This document shows positions 1 through 12,922 of a stretch of DNA of 64,000 nucleotides, one piece after another. Below the pieces are notes generated by a model that worked only from the letters and a program-made list of their open reading frames with translations, was not told the origin of the DNA and did no database searches. The translations under genes and the position numbers were made by a program. This stretch comes from Mantamonas sphyraenae STR306 (lineage: Eukaryota; Protista; CRuMs). Numbering within the stretch: the first letter of the stretch is position 1; each line of letters begins with the position of its first letter. The stretch is from the NCBI GenBank assembly GCA_026936335.1, contig JAPMXV010000036.1, forward strand, positions 62,001 through 126,000. Direction: 5' to 3'.

Positions 1-3000
1 GGCACCCTGGATCACTTGGATCTGTTGGGACACCGCACTCAACACATCTTCGTCCAGACGGTTAAACTCGTCGAAACAACCCCACGCGCCGCACTTGACC
101 AGACCCGTAAAGATGCGGCCCATGCTCTTGAAATCGATGCCCTCGTCGCAGTTGAACACCAGCACCTGGCGTCCCATCGCGTTGCCCAGCGCCTTGACGC
201 TCTCAGTCTTGCCTGTGCCTGCCGGGCCGTACGGGTTGCCTCCATACCCTTGGTGCATGCCCTGCGTCAGCGTCAGGTAACACTTGTCAGTGAGCGGCGT
301 GTGCACAAGCTTGTTTGCGTTGCCCTGGTACTCGTATGTGTACTCAAACTCGGCGTCGCACATGCGCAGCACGCATTGGCCGTCCTGTCGCATGTAATAC
401 CGCAGCTGCTTTTGCCAGGTCCACGCGTCCACACTGCGTGCACCTGCACGCTGCAGCTGTTCCACCACGTCGATGCTGTGGATGATGTCCAGCACAAGCG
501 CCTTCTTCTTCAGATCCAGCACCTTGTCGTCGCCGCAGTCCAGCGACGTGTACATTTCCAGCCGCTTGTTCAGCTTGCCGTACAGCGCCTTGAGCGAGCC
601 GTTGTGCAGGGCCTCCTCAGCTTGCGCGGTAAAGTCGATCTGCGCCGCCACATTCAGCAGCTGCGACGGGAACTGGTTCATGTCTTCCACGTTGGTGCAC
701 TCCACGAGCAGATCCCGCATCGTGCGCTTCATCTCGTCCGACAGGTCCGACAACCAGCCCTCCACGTCGTGTGAGATGCCAACCGGGTTCGACAAAGGCA
801 CAACCTCGCCCTGGAGGCTGCGCATGGCTACAATCTGCTGCTTGTTTTGCGAAAACTCCACTTGGTGGATGCCTGCAAACAGCTTGCGCAGGTGGTTCTG
901 GATCACATCCGGGTTCTTTGCCTGGCCCAGAATCTCCAACAGGTCGTCGTCGCCAATGAAATAGAACCGCGGGAAGCGAGAGCGCTTCTCTTCCAGAAAC
1001 TCTGCCAGCGCCTGCTGGCATCGCTGCAGCTGGTCCAGGTCTCGCTCCAGGTCTTCTGCAATACGCGGGATGCGCGTCAGCTTGACCACCAGCTTGTCGT
1101 TGCGCACCACTTGCTCCATCACGTCGCGGTAGTGCGTGTCCACTCGGTCAAACCGCGACTTTTGTTCAGGCAGGGCACCGCGCGAGAAGATGGGCTCCAG
1201 GTACAGCCACTTGCGCTGGATAAGGTTCAACGTGCGCAGGTACTGGTCCAGTTTCGCAAGCGTGTCCTCCCACGCGTCTGCACTCGCCTTGTACTCGCTA
1301 ATGTACGGCGAGTCCATGATCGAATTCAGCACCACGCGGTTGTCCCCCACAGACGAGATCAAGTCCTTCCAGTCGCGGATGATAAACATCTGCTGGCTCT
1401 CGTTGTCAAAAATGTGTTCCTTCAGCGAAAACTCGGTTGTCTGGCCCCACCGTTCCATGTCTTCGATCGACTCGGCGATTGCACGCTCACCCAGCGCCCT
1501 CGAGTTCAGCTCCTTCAGCGCCTTGTGGTGTTCAATCAGCTTGTCCATGCGGTCCAAGATGTGCTGGAAGCGCAGGTCCTCCACGCGCATCGACGTGTCC
1601 ATGCCCAGCAGTTTGAAAGCGTCCAGCCAGTGGCTGCGCTTAAAGTCGTCGCCGCTCACATACTTCAGGTAGTCGAAGCCCTCGCGGAACGCAGTCAGCT
1701 CCCGCATGATGTGCAGCGCCACTGTGTCGTGTTGTTGCTGCTGCTGCGGCTGCGTGGCCTTGCGCTCCTTCAGCTTGGCCATCCAATCAGCCACAAAATC
1801 CTTGAACGTGTGCATGTTGCGCCTGAACGAGATCCACTCCTGGCCCGCCATGTCTTCCATGTCTGCAATGTACGCTTCGTACAGCTGCCACTGCGTCTCG
1901 TACGCGCTCAGTTCGTCTCCAATGCGCTCCAGTTCCGGGAATGACGGCACGGGCATGCTAAAGTGCTCGCAGTCCTGCATGATCTGCTTGCCCGCCTGCT
2001 CCACCTCGTCAAACTCCAGCCTGCGTTCCTTCAAGTCCTGCACCGTTTGTGCCGCCACGCTGCGGTCACCCGCCTTGACGTCGCGCGGTTTCAGTTCGTC
2101 CCACCGTCCGCCAAACTTGTTCAGATCAACAATGAACGCATTGATGCGCGCCTCCACACCCGAGCGCAGCGATTCGGTGCTCTTTTGCAGCACCAGCTCG
2201 TGCGATTCCAGCACGAGGTCAAACTGTTCCCAGCGCGAATGCAGCTCTGTGGCGTCCACGCCCTCGCCCACCACAGTGCGCAGCAGCCTGTTTTTGGTTT
2301 CAAACGCGTCGTACAGACCATTGATGCGATCCTTTTCGCCTGCAATGCGCGTGTGTTCCTGACGCGCCGCCCCAATCTCCTCGATCGACTGCGGCTCGCT
2401 CTGCAGCGTGTCTGTGGCCGAGTCCATAAACTCTTCGATTTCAGACAGGTGCCTGCTTGCCGCGCGGCGCAGCGAGTACACAAGCGCGTCTTGGAAGCGC
2501 TGCAGCAGGTCGTCGATGCTAGCTTTGAGCGAGAGCGTAGACACGGTGATGCAGTCCACCGTGATCGTGTTGGGCAGCTTCTCCGCAGCCCGGCCCTTGC
2601 TCTTGATCGTCTTGAAATTCACCTCCCAGTCCGCCACCTGCTTCAGGTGCGTCTCGATGTACTCTTCCAAGTCGACCGAGCCCAGCACAACCCACTCCTG
2701 CATGCTTTCCTGCAGACGCGACAAGCGGTCAAACAGCTCCTCAGCCTTGTGAAAGACCACGTGCAGACCACGCGCATTGCTGTCCACCATTGCGCGGAAG
2801 AGCGCCTCGTTGCCGCCCAGCCCGCGAAAGTTGTGCGGGATCTGAATGAACTTGTTCATCTCCTTGTAGTACTTGGCGCGGATCTCTTCGAACGAAGGCC
2901 GGAAGTGCAGCGCCTGCTGTTTGAACACAAGCTCCACCTTGAGGTTCTTGATTTCGGGCAAGTTTTCGTTGAGCGACTCCAAGCCCAGCTGGTATTGGTG

Positions 3001-5696
3001 CTCCAGCGCCTTGTACAGCTGGTAGTCCCAGTGCATCTTCCACTGCTGCATTTCCTTGAAGCCCTGCTTTTCCAGGGTGGCGATTGCGTTGCGCAGCTCG
3101 GCCATCCCCTGCTTCCACTTGTTTTGGTGGCGCAGCAGGTCCACGTTCATCAGCGTGATGACCTTGTCTGTGAGTCCGTTGTGTACCTTGCGCAGCTTGC
3201 GGTTCGTCGACGTCAACCGCTCCGCCACAGCCTGCAGCTTGCCAATGTACCGTTCCAAGTCTTCCTCCTTGCTCCACGTGATGGTTTGCTTGGAGCCTGC
3301 ATTGGTGCTCGTGGCGGCCATGGGGTTCTTCAGCAGGTTCTCAAACTCAAATGCAATGTCCAGCATCATGGGCTTCTGCGACGGGATCATCTGCTCGTGG
3401 ATGGTGTTGTAAAAGTTGGCCACCTGCTTGAGGACGACACCGTGTCGGTAGAATTTGAGCGCCGTGTTGGCCGTTTTTGAGATCTTGTTGGGGATCTTGT
3501 TCTTGAAGCCCAAGGCGCTGAGCTGGCGCACTTCGCGCAGCAGTGTGACCAGACGCGGCGAGTAAAACACACGCACCGAACCGTCGCTGCGGTCGATCTC
3601 CGTGATGCGGCCGTGCATTTCGTCCAGTGCAAGCGGGTCGTTTGTGTCGTCCAGCCGTGCTTCCAGTTCACCGATCCATTCGTTGAACTGCTCCGCCTCA
3701 AAGTGTTTCATGTCCTTGATGAGCTCCATGGCGTCGCTTTCGTAGGCGCCAAACGACGGCAGATTGGCCAGGAAAGAGCGCGCCGCCTTGAGCGTCTGCT
3801 GTTGCTTGCTGCTCAACTGCCGCACCCACACCACATTGTTCACAAAAGAGGGCATATTCTTTGAGGACAATGGCGTGTCCAGACCAGACGACGACGACGA
3901 CGACGATGACGACGACGGTTGGTTGAGAAATTCCAGGGCGTTTGCGCGTTTGCTCTCAAAATCCTCGCGCACCTGCTTCAGCTGCGCGTTCATGGCCGAC
4001 ACAGGTTGCCGCGCTCGTGCACCAGCTCTGCGCTGATGCGTGGACGTGCAGCAAGGTCTTCGTAGCGCTGAAACTCTCGCAGCATCTGCATGGGCGAGGC
4101 GTTGCTGATGCTTGCCAGATGGCTGCGCAACTTCTCTGCAATGCGGTGTTCAATGGGCGCCATACGACTCTCATAATCCTGCACAGCAGCTTCCCAGCGG
4201 GGTTGTGTGTAGCTGTTGTACTGCAGTGGTTGCAGGCCGACAAAGGCCTGGAACGGTTCGTCGACGCCGAGTGTGCGTTGCTCGTCGGCGTCAAGGAGTC
4301 GCAGCAACTGCTCGTGCACAGTGCGAAGGGACAGAACCTGGCGCATGCGGTCCGACAGATGCAGCAGGGAATAGTCCACGTGCTTGTCGCCCTCCCAGCG
4401 GGCCTGCCAATCGAGCGTCGTCAGCCTTTCGGTAACGCCCAGCCATTTTGTGCAGATGTGGCTTCCGTCACGCAGACCCTGGCGCACGTGTGCAAAGTCG
4501 TCGTTCCACACGCTCTTTGTCTTGCTGTGCATGTGGTGTTGGATGTACGCCGACAGGGCGTCTGCAACCACGCCAAACAGGTGGGCCATGCGCTCCTGCG
4601 GGTACGCTGGCTGTACAGGGGCCTGCCAGACACGATCGAGACACGACGCGGTACGGCCAATGAGCTCGATGACCTGGGACATGCTCTTTTGCTTGATGGT
4701 GGCCCAGTCGTTGCTGATTGTGTCAAAGATGTCAAAGAGCTGCGCCGCGCGCTCTTGCTCGCTGCGTGACCAGTCCTGACGGTAGCGAGCCTCGTTCCAG
4801 TACTCGATTTCGTCGGACGGGATGGTGATGTAGAGGAGGGAGGAGGCGGATGACGACGATGCAGAGCCGGAGGTGCTCGACGAGCCGGTGCCCAATTCCA
4901 CCGTGTCCGTTTGCCGGCGCAAGTTTGTGGCCAGGCCGGCCTCGAGTTCGGTCAGCAGCGACTGCAACTTGGCGTCGATGACCCCCGAGTTGTCGCTGTG
5001 CACACAAACGGCGTGTCAGTGAGGCTCACACGGCAACCTAGTGGACGTCAGGGCGGTTTGTGCAGCTGGGCAAGGGCTGCGAAACGGTTTTCGAGCCGCG
5101 GGGCGTGGGCCAGCAAGCCACTGCAGCGATGCGTGCACACACACACTTACTTGACAAGGAGAGGCACATAAAGAGAGCGCAGGTTGTTGTACAACGACAG
5201 CAGGGGCGAATTGGCCATGCTGGACGCGACGAGCACTGTGTGCATATTGTCTTTGTCCACCACGCAGGGAGTGCTCTTGTGGAACACCATGGTTTTGTCC
5301 ACCAGAGCTTCGCCTTGGTTGTTTCCATCCACTTGTGTGCTTACACTCAAACTGCGTTTGCCCTGTGACGCGGCGTCGGGGTCAGCGCAGTGTTGGCGCG
5401 TTCGCCTTTTGGCGCCAATTCGCCTTCCGAGCCATGCTCGGCTGGGGGATGTTTCCCATGCTGTTTTCCCTCCTCCGCGCACCACCTACCTGTGCATCGA
5501 GCACGAGATCGATACGCGCCAGCGTGCACTCGGCACTGTCCAGGAACGTGTCCACGGCAGAGGCGTTGTGGATGATCGCCTCCAAGGTCGCCAGATCCTC
5601 GCCTCCGGCAGCCAAACTGGACGCCGTTTCGTTGTTCAAACCGAAAAAGGCCAGCGCAGTGCTGGCCATGAGCTGTTTCCTTGCGTCCTTTGACAT
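1..5696 (-). CDS. DYNC2H1: Cytoplasmic dynein 2 (IFT dynein) heavy chain, 5' part; continues beyond the left edge
   Basis: Exons 5696-5490, 5362-5151, 4995-<1 with GT-AG introns. The AAA1 region reads GPAGTGKTESVKALG...NCDEGIDFKSMGRIFTGLVKCGAWGCFDEFNRL near 60-230, typical of dynein-2. One base is missing near 4001 (CTG TG TCG GCC ATG). Confidence 0.93.
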
Positions 5697-5778
5697 TGTG
5701 CCTGGTTTTGCGGATGCAAGGGGAAAATTGCGTTGGGTGGCGGTTCGAAAGGGGGGTTTTGTTCTTCCTACTTGCCGT

Positions 5779-8700
5779 CTACTGAATGTCCAGCACCTGC
5801 TTGAGCTTGATGACAAGACGCCAGTCGTTGTCGGTCATGCTGTCACGCCAGAACTCCTTGAGGAGATCGATGGTGTAGCGAGAGACTTGCGAAACAATGT
5901 CGTCCTTCTCGGTAAAGTGGCGGGTGGCCATGATGCCGCTGTTGGGTGGAGAGACAATCTTGATGCTGACCTCCTGGTCCTTGGTGGCTTTCTGGACCTG
6001 GGACTTTTGCAGCTCGATGCTTGTGACTCGGCCGATGTACAGCTTGCCCTTGGACGGGACACACACGGGCGTGTTGAGGTGCAGGGTGCCTTCCATGATG
6101 CGCACACCCAGGATGATCGGGTCCTTCTTGTTGAAGATGCAGTTGGGCAGGATCTTCATGTGCACGGGGAACACGGCGTTGGCCGCCTCGCCCGCGCGGT
6201 TTGCACGCACCTCCTCCATGTAGGCGGTGAACTGGTCAAACAAATGGTAGATGATGTCGGCAGTGAAAATTTGCACGCCCATTTCCTCGGCAATCTCCTG
6301 TGCGTCGCGGGACACCTTGACGTCAAAGGCCAGGATCGTGGCGTACTCGGGCTGATGGTCCAGCATGACAGCACACTTGATGACGTCCTTCTTGTGCACG
6401 GGACCAATGCTAATGCCCGACACAGGGATCTGCACGTCGTCAGAGCGCAAGAACTCGAGCAGCGCTTCGAGCGAACCCAAGGTGGACGCCTGCACGTACA
6501 CGCCGCGTCCGCTCTTGCTCACATTGCTCATCAGCTTGTCCAGATCCTTCTGCACCTCTTCGACAATCTCTTCCACGTCGTCGTCGTCGCGCACGACCAT
6601 GAGCGGACCGCCTGCCACCGCACCTTCGAGGTTGGGCGCGGCGATCTTGATGCCTTGGGCAGCCATGATCTCCTTGTGGTGCACGTACTTGCTCTTCACT
6701 CGCAGTTCCTTCATGGGCTGCGGCGTGAGCAGGGCCTTGATGTTGGTGACAATGGGCCCGTTCATGCCGCAGCAAACGATCTTGTCGCCTTCGCGCAGCA
6801 TGCCGTTCACCAGAATGACGTCGATGGTGTGGCCAAAACCCTCCACAACCTTGACTTCCAGGATGGTGGCCTCCATCTCGCTGATGTACATGAGGCGCTT
6901 GCTCATCATCTTTTGCGTGAGATGCACCACCAGGTACAGCAGATCGGGGATGCCTTCGCCCGTGTGGGCACTGGTGGGCACCAGCGACACTGTGTTGCGT
7001 CGGTCCTTGTCCTCAATCTCGTCGTACAGCTCCGAGTTGAGACCTTCCATGCGCAGGTCCTGCTTGGTGCGCTCCAGCAGCGTGTCAAAGTGTTCGCGTG
7101 TGTGGTCTTGCTGCCCCTCAAACGTGGAGCGGAACGACTCGCCCGCGTTGACCTTCCACTCGGTCAAGCGGTCGATCTTGTTCAGGGCAACCACAAACGG
7201 GGTCTTGCGTGCACGCAGCAGAGCAATCGACTCCTTGGTTTGTGGCTCCAGACCGTGCATGATGTCCACCACGAGGATGGCAATGTCGCACAGGTTGGAC
7301 CCACGCGAACGCAGGTTGGTGAACGACTCGTGGCCCGGCGTGTCGATGATGAGCAGGCCCGGCACGCGCCATTCCTCGTCCTCGGCCAGTGCACACTTGG
7401 ACGCCACCTTGCTCACGTTCTCCATGGGGAAGTAGCTGGCGCCGATCTGCTGCGTGATGCCTCCTGCTTCGCCGTCCTGAACGTTGGTGTGTCGGATCTT
7501 GTCCAGCAGCTTGGTCTTGCCTGTGTCCACATGGCCCAGCACACAACAGATGGGCGAACGCAGGTTGTCCTCTGAGCGTGCTGCCATGGCCTCTTCGATG
7601 CGCTCCTGGCGTCGTGCGTGTGCTTCTGCCTTGCGGCGTTCAAGCTCGCGACGCGCTGCGCTCAGACGTTCGCTCAGGTCCTCGTCGTCACTGTCGTCGT
7701 CATCGCTGTCGTCGTCACTGTCGTCGTCATCGCTGTCGTCTTCGCTGTCGTCTTCATCGCTCTCGCTTTCGTACGCGGCCACAGCCTTGCCCTTGCCCTT
7801 GCTGACGGCGCCTCCCCATCCGCCTGTGGCTTCCTTTCCTTCCACAGCCCACGTCTCGTCGTCGTCGTCGCTTGCCGCATCCCATTGATCCGGCACCTCT
7901 TCGTCGTCGTCGCCCTCGGTGGCCACAGCCACTGCCACCGCGGTCGACTCTTCGTCCGACGAGAGCATGTCTTCCCAGGACTCGGGCACCTCGTCGTCCG
8001 ACTCGTCGTCGCCACCTGCGCCTGCACCTGTGGCAGCCTCGTTGTCTGCATCGCCGCCCGCGGCTTCACGTGCTGCGCGACGTTCCTCCTCCTGACGTGC
8101 TTCTTCCTCCGCGTCCAGGCGCGCTTGCTCCTTGGCCACCACCGCGGCAATGTCTTCCGTCCCTTGCACTTCCGACTCCATTTCGGCCTTGCGAGCTGCA
8201 GCCTCTTCCTCCAGCTGCTTCTGTCGCTCCCAACCCTTGCCACGGCGGCGGTTGTTGTTGCCTCGCTTCTTGCGGCTGCCGTAGTTGGGCTTTTTGGACG
8301 TGGTCGATCCTGTCTCGCTAGACGCGTCGTCGTCGAGGGCGGCAATCACCACACCCTGCTCCGCACGCAGCTGCTCCAGGTATTCTTCGTTCTTGCGGTC
8401 GCGCTTGCGTTGGCGCTGGTTCTTCAGCAGGCCCGCCTTGCGCTTCTCCTCCTTCTTCTCCGCCTCCCGCTTCTTCTTTGCCAGCTTGCGATCCTCTTCG
8501 GCCTTCCTCTCGGCTTCTCGCTTCAGACGCTTCTCCTCTGCGATGCGCTCGGCCTCGAGTTCCGCCTTGCGCATCGCCTCCTCCTGCTCCTCGCGTTGTC
8601 GCATGGCTGCCTGCAACGCCTTGACCGCTGCGTTCTGCTTCTTGCCCTTCTTGCCCTTCTTTCCCTTTTTGCCCTTCTTGCCCGAGTCTTCGTCGTCGCC

Positions 8701-10458
8701 CTCCTCACTCTTGGTGCTGTCCTCGCTGGCCATCTCGGCGGGAAGGTCGTCGCTCTTTTTTGCTCCACCCTTCTTCTTTGCCGCCGCCTCAGCCTGCTTC
8801 TTGCGTTCCTTTTCCTTCCGCTTCTTCTCCTTTTCCTTCAGTTTGCGCTTCTCCTTCTTGGACAGAGGCTTGTTGGACTTGCCGACTTCGTCATCGTCGT
8901 CGTCGTCGTCGTTGTCGTCGTTGTCATCGTCCTTCTCCTCCCGGCTGGCCACGTCTCCGTCGGCCTGGTCGGCCGACACGTTGACGGACGCTGTGTTCGA
9001 GTCGCCGTACAGGTCGTGGTCGTGGTCGTCGTCGTCGAGGTCGTCCACGTGCTCAATCTCCATCGTCAGCATGAGCAGCTCCATCTCCTGCAGGGCCTTG
9101 AGACGCTTCTTCTGCTTCTTGTTCAGCTTGCTGCCGCTGTTCTTCATGGACATGAGCTTCTCCAGTTCCTGCTTCTCGGCCTGCGTCATGCTCATGGCAG
9201 ACGCGGCCTCGGCCACGGAGGTGCTTGCTCCTGCGTCCCCTCCGACTGCCTGCTGCACCTCCATGGTCATCATCAGCAGTTCCATCTCCTCCAGCGACTT
9301 GAGTTGCTTCTTCTCCTTCTTGTTCAGCTTCTTGCCTGTCGCCTGCATGGTTCGCAGGCGCTCCAGGTCGTCCTGCTCCTGCTGCGTCAGGCCAATGCCT
9401 GCGTCGTTCGGTAGACGATGAGGACGACGATGCGCCTGCACTCGATGCGGTGCTCGTGGTTTTCGTCGTAGTCACGTCCACAGTGTCGTCAGCAACCTCC
9501 TCGTCTGAGCCGTCGCCCATCAGGGCGCCAAAGCCTGCGGGAGAGAGTGAGCGAGTGCAAACGGGTCAGCGGACACACTGGTCTCTTTCTCTCTCACACA
9601 CACTGTCGACTGCTTTGCATGACCTACCCGAGTTGAACCCGCTGGCAGCTGGCTCCTCGTCGTCGTCGTCGTCGTCGCCACCCATGAGGGCGCCGAAGCC
9701 TGTGGAATACGGGGGTTACGCAAGGTGTGGTGCGTGGTGCATGTATGTACGTGTGAGCGCGGTGACTCGCTTCTGTGTGATTTGGGCGGAAGTCCGGGCG
9801 TGGAGGCAGCATGCGCAGATCGCCCTGCTGTTGGGAAAACGCACCTCCTGCACCGCCGCCATAACCCGCAGCGGCCTCCTCGTCTTCATCCTCATCGTCA
9901 TCGTCGTCATCGCCCATAAGAGCAGCAAAACCTGTGCAATGGCGGTGGCGGGCGGGTCAGGTCGGGGGCAGGTCGGCAGGGACGAAAATGCACTCTTGGG
10001 CCTTCTTGGAAATCGCAGCGCATCGATCAAACGCGCTGGCACGGCCAGCTCCCTGTAGACGTCAGACCAAACATACCTCCGGCTGCTCCGCCTGCAGATA
10101 CGCCATCGTCGTCCTCGTCGTCGTCGCTGGCGTCCCAGGTGTCAGGCACGTCATCGTCGTCGTCGTTGCCGGCCTCATCTTCCCAGCTGGCAGGAATCTC
10201 GTCGTCGTCGTCGTCGTTGTCGTCTGCCTGCTGCTTGGGCTTGGCCTGAGGCTCGGCGTTTGTGTTGCCCTTGTTGCCTTTCTTGCCTTTCTTTCCCTTC
10301 TTGCCTTTCTTTCCGCCTGCCGAGGCGTCGTCGCCCCATTCGTCGGCGAACGAGGCCATCACGTCTCCGTCGTCAGCAGCAGCCTTGGCGGGCTTGTTAT
10401 CCTCCTCCTCCTCTTGCCACTGTTGCTGCTTCTTCTTGCTCTTGCTTTTCTTTCCCAT
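5779..10458 (-). CDS. EIF5B: Translation initiation factor eIF5B with a long acidic/lysine-rich N-terminus
   Basis: LRSPICCVLGHVDTGKT, GGITQQIGA, DTPGHE and NKID motifs. Exons 10458-10077, 9931-9845, 9699-9628, 9534-5779. One extra base near 9410. Confidence 0.96.
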
Positions 10459-10833
10459 GATGCCGAAATGGTGGAAATGTTGGAAATGGTTGGCCAAGGC
10501 GATGCGCATTGTTCATTCGTTGGCGTGCGCACCACACACACACACACACACACACACACCGTGGGATTGTCGCAAGTGAGTTGACTGCGGATGTCCCAAA
10601 ATGGACCCGCCCATGACGGACAAACAGCCTGGAGAGAACTTCGAACCAAAAAACGGCAGCTCACATCCACAGACACAGACACAAGAGAGATAGAACACAC
10701 ACACGTACGTTGTTTCAAGCAGTCGCACGATCACAGTCACACAGGCACGTCACGGCACAGCACGGCACAGAAAGACACACCAATCCACACGAATCCACAT
10801 CATCCGCATCATCACATTCACAGCACTTCACCA

Positions 10834-10884
10834 CAGCACAGCACAGCACAGCACAGCACATCATACCACACCACACCACACCAC
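10834..10884. repeat. (CAGCA)n/(CACAC)n microsatellite in the CELF 3' region
   Basis: acagcacagcacagcacagcacagcaca followed by caccacaccacaccacacca. Confidence 0.75.
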
Positions 10885-10891
10885 ATCATCA

Positions 10892-12725
10892 TCACTTGCG
10901 GTAGGGAGCCGCGTTGCGACCCTCCTTCTTGAGCTGGACCTTGAGCTTCTTGTCACCGAGCTGCATGCCGTTCATGCCCTCGATCGCACGCTGGGCACTG
11001 TCTGCGTTGTCAAAGCTGACAAAGCCAAAGCCCTTGCTGCGTCCAGTCGACTTTTCTGTGTACACCGTGGCACTGATCACCGTGCCAAAGGGCGCAAAGG
11101 TGAAGGCCAGATCCTGGTCACCAAACTGCATCGGGATGTTCAGCACAAACAGGTTGCATCCTGCAGGTCCCTCTCGCGACTTGCCAGGCGTCCCCATCGT
11201 CTGGTTCTGCTTGCTCTGCATGCGGTTTGCAGTGCGTGACTGGAACCCGGCATTCGGCACTCCCAGCCCTGCGTATGTTGCGTTGTGGTTCATGCCTGTG
11301 TTGTACACCATACCAGACGATGACATCATGCCGTACTGTGGTTGTTGCTGCATCTGCTGCTGCTGTTGCTGCTGAGCCAGTTGCGGCGACACCATGCCAA
11401 ACTTGTTGGGCGCCCACGCCTGTGGCTGCTGCGGCGGCATGCCATAACCCATGTGTCCCATCTGGCCCATGCCTCCCATTTGGCCCATGCCTCCCATGCC
11501 CCCCATGCCTCCCATGCCTCCCATGCCTCCCATAGGCCCCATAGGCCCACCGTACGGCATCCCGTGAAAGTGCTGCTGCTGCTGTTGAGGAGGCGCGTAT
11601 GGCATCTGTCGCATGCCCATGCCCGGAGAACTTCCCATGAACCCCCCATGCGGGCCAGATCCACCCACATGTTGCTTCTTGCGTTGCTTGTCCTGCTGCG
11701 TGTCTGCGAACCGCACAATCGCTCCCTGCGTCATCCCTTCAAAGATCTGGCCGTTCACTTCGTCGATGGCCTTCTGTGCTTCTTGCCTCTTGGAAAAGGT
11801 GACAAACGCACAACCTCGCGACAGGCCGCTGTCCTTGAAGCGCAGCACGTACACGTCCGCCAGCTCTCCGTACTGGCCAAAGAGGTTCTCAATTGTCGAC
11901 TCTTCCCACGTACGTGGCAGCTGGCCCACAAACAGTTTGTGTTCTGTGTGAGGAGAGTGGTTTTCAAAGTGTGCGCTTTGCGTGTCAGTGCCTATGCCGC
12001 CGCGCATGTGCCTCTCACAACTTCCGCGCAAAATGCCCCTTACGCGTCATGCCCTGCTTCTGTCTTTCCGAGTCGGCATACCGCACTTGCAGCGGTTCCG
12101 TCATGGGAGGGATGGTTTGCACGCCATGGAACATCTTGATGCACTCATCTGCCTCCTCTTTCTGCGCACGCGCGTGAGTGAGCAAATGGTTTGGGTTTGT
12201 GCTACGTGTGAGCGGTCCGCCCTTCGTCTCCACCTTGGCCCATCACTCACTGCCCAAACCTACCGTGGAAAAGTTGATGAAGCCACAACCCGAGCGCGTG
12301 CCACCTCGTCGCAGCACTACAGCCTCGACAATGTTCCCCGCCACGCCAAAAATGTTGCGCAAGTCCTGGTCCGTGGCCGTCTTTGGCAGCTGCCCCACAA
12401 ACAGCTTCACTGCCTGCTGCGCCTTTGCAGCTGGTTTCTTGGGGATAATCATTCCGTCACGGCCCTCTCGCCCGATAGGCTGCGGAATGGTCGTGTCCGC
12501 CTTTTTCTTCTCCGCCGGCTGCGGCACCAGCGGCGTCTTTGCCGTCTTGTTCTTGGCCTTGGCCTTGCCTTTGCCCTTGGCCTTGTTCTTCCCTTTCCCT
12601 TGCTTCTCCTCCTCACCCTCTTCCGCATCCTTGTCCATCGTGTCAGGTTCGGCGTCCGCATTCTCCTCTTCCTCTTCCTCTTCCTTCTCCTCTTCCTGGT
12701 TGTCCTCGGTCTCCATGCCATCCAT

Positions 12726-12808
<83 letters not shown>

Positions 12809-12826
12809 TTGCTCGGTCGTCGACAT
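10892..12826 (-). CDS. CELF/Bruno-like RNA-binding protein (3 RRMs, Gly/Met/Gln-rich linker)
   Basis: RRM1 KLFVGQLPK..GCGFINF, RRM2 KLFVGQLPR..RGCAFVTF, RRM3 EGPAGCNLFV..KGFGFVSF. Exons 12826-12264, 12161-12044, 11943-10892. A 1-nt deletion in the (GAGCAG)n tract at ~12773. Confidence 0.92.
12727..12814 (-). repeat. (GAGCAG)n coding repeat (poly-EQ) with one 5-nt unit
   Basis: ctcctg repeated about 14 times, with one unit shortened to ctctg at 12771-12775. Confidence 0.85.
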
Positions 12827-12922
12827 TTTCCGTGGTGGAGTGCGCGCACAGCCCCAACTCTCCCCAACACACACACAACCCATGACTCATGACACATTCA
12901 TTCCATGATTGCACCCAGTGTC

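Noticed and set aside
16-9421. Long plus-strand ORFs (e.g. 1963-3480, 5335-7575, 7618-9414) and similar ones opposite most genes
   Set aside because: They are in-register antisense shadows of real genes, caused by GC-biased codon usage that avoids TTA/CTA/TCA. The translations have no recognisable motifs.
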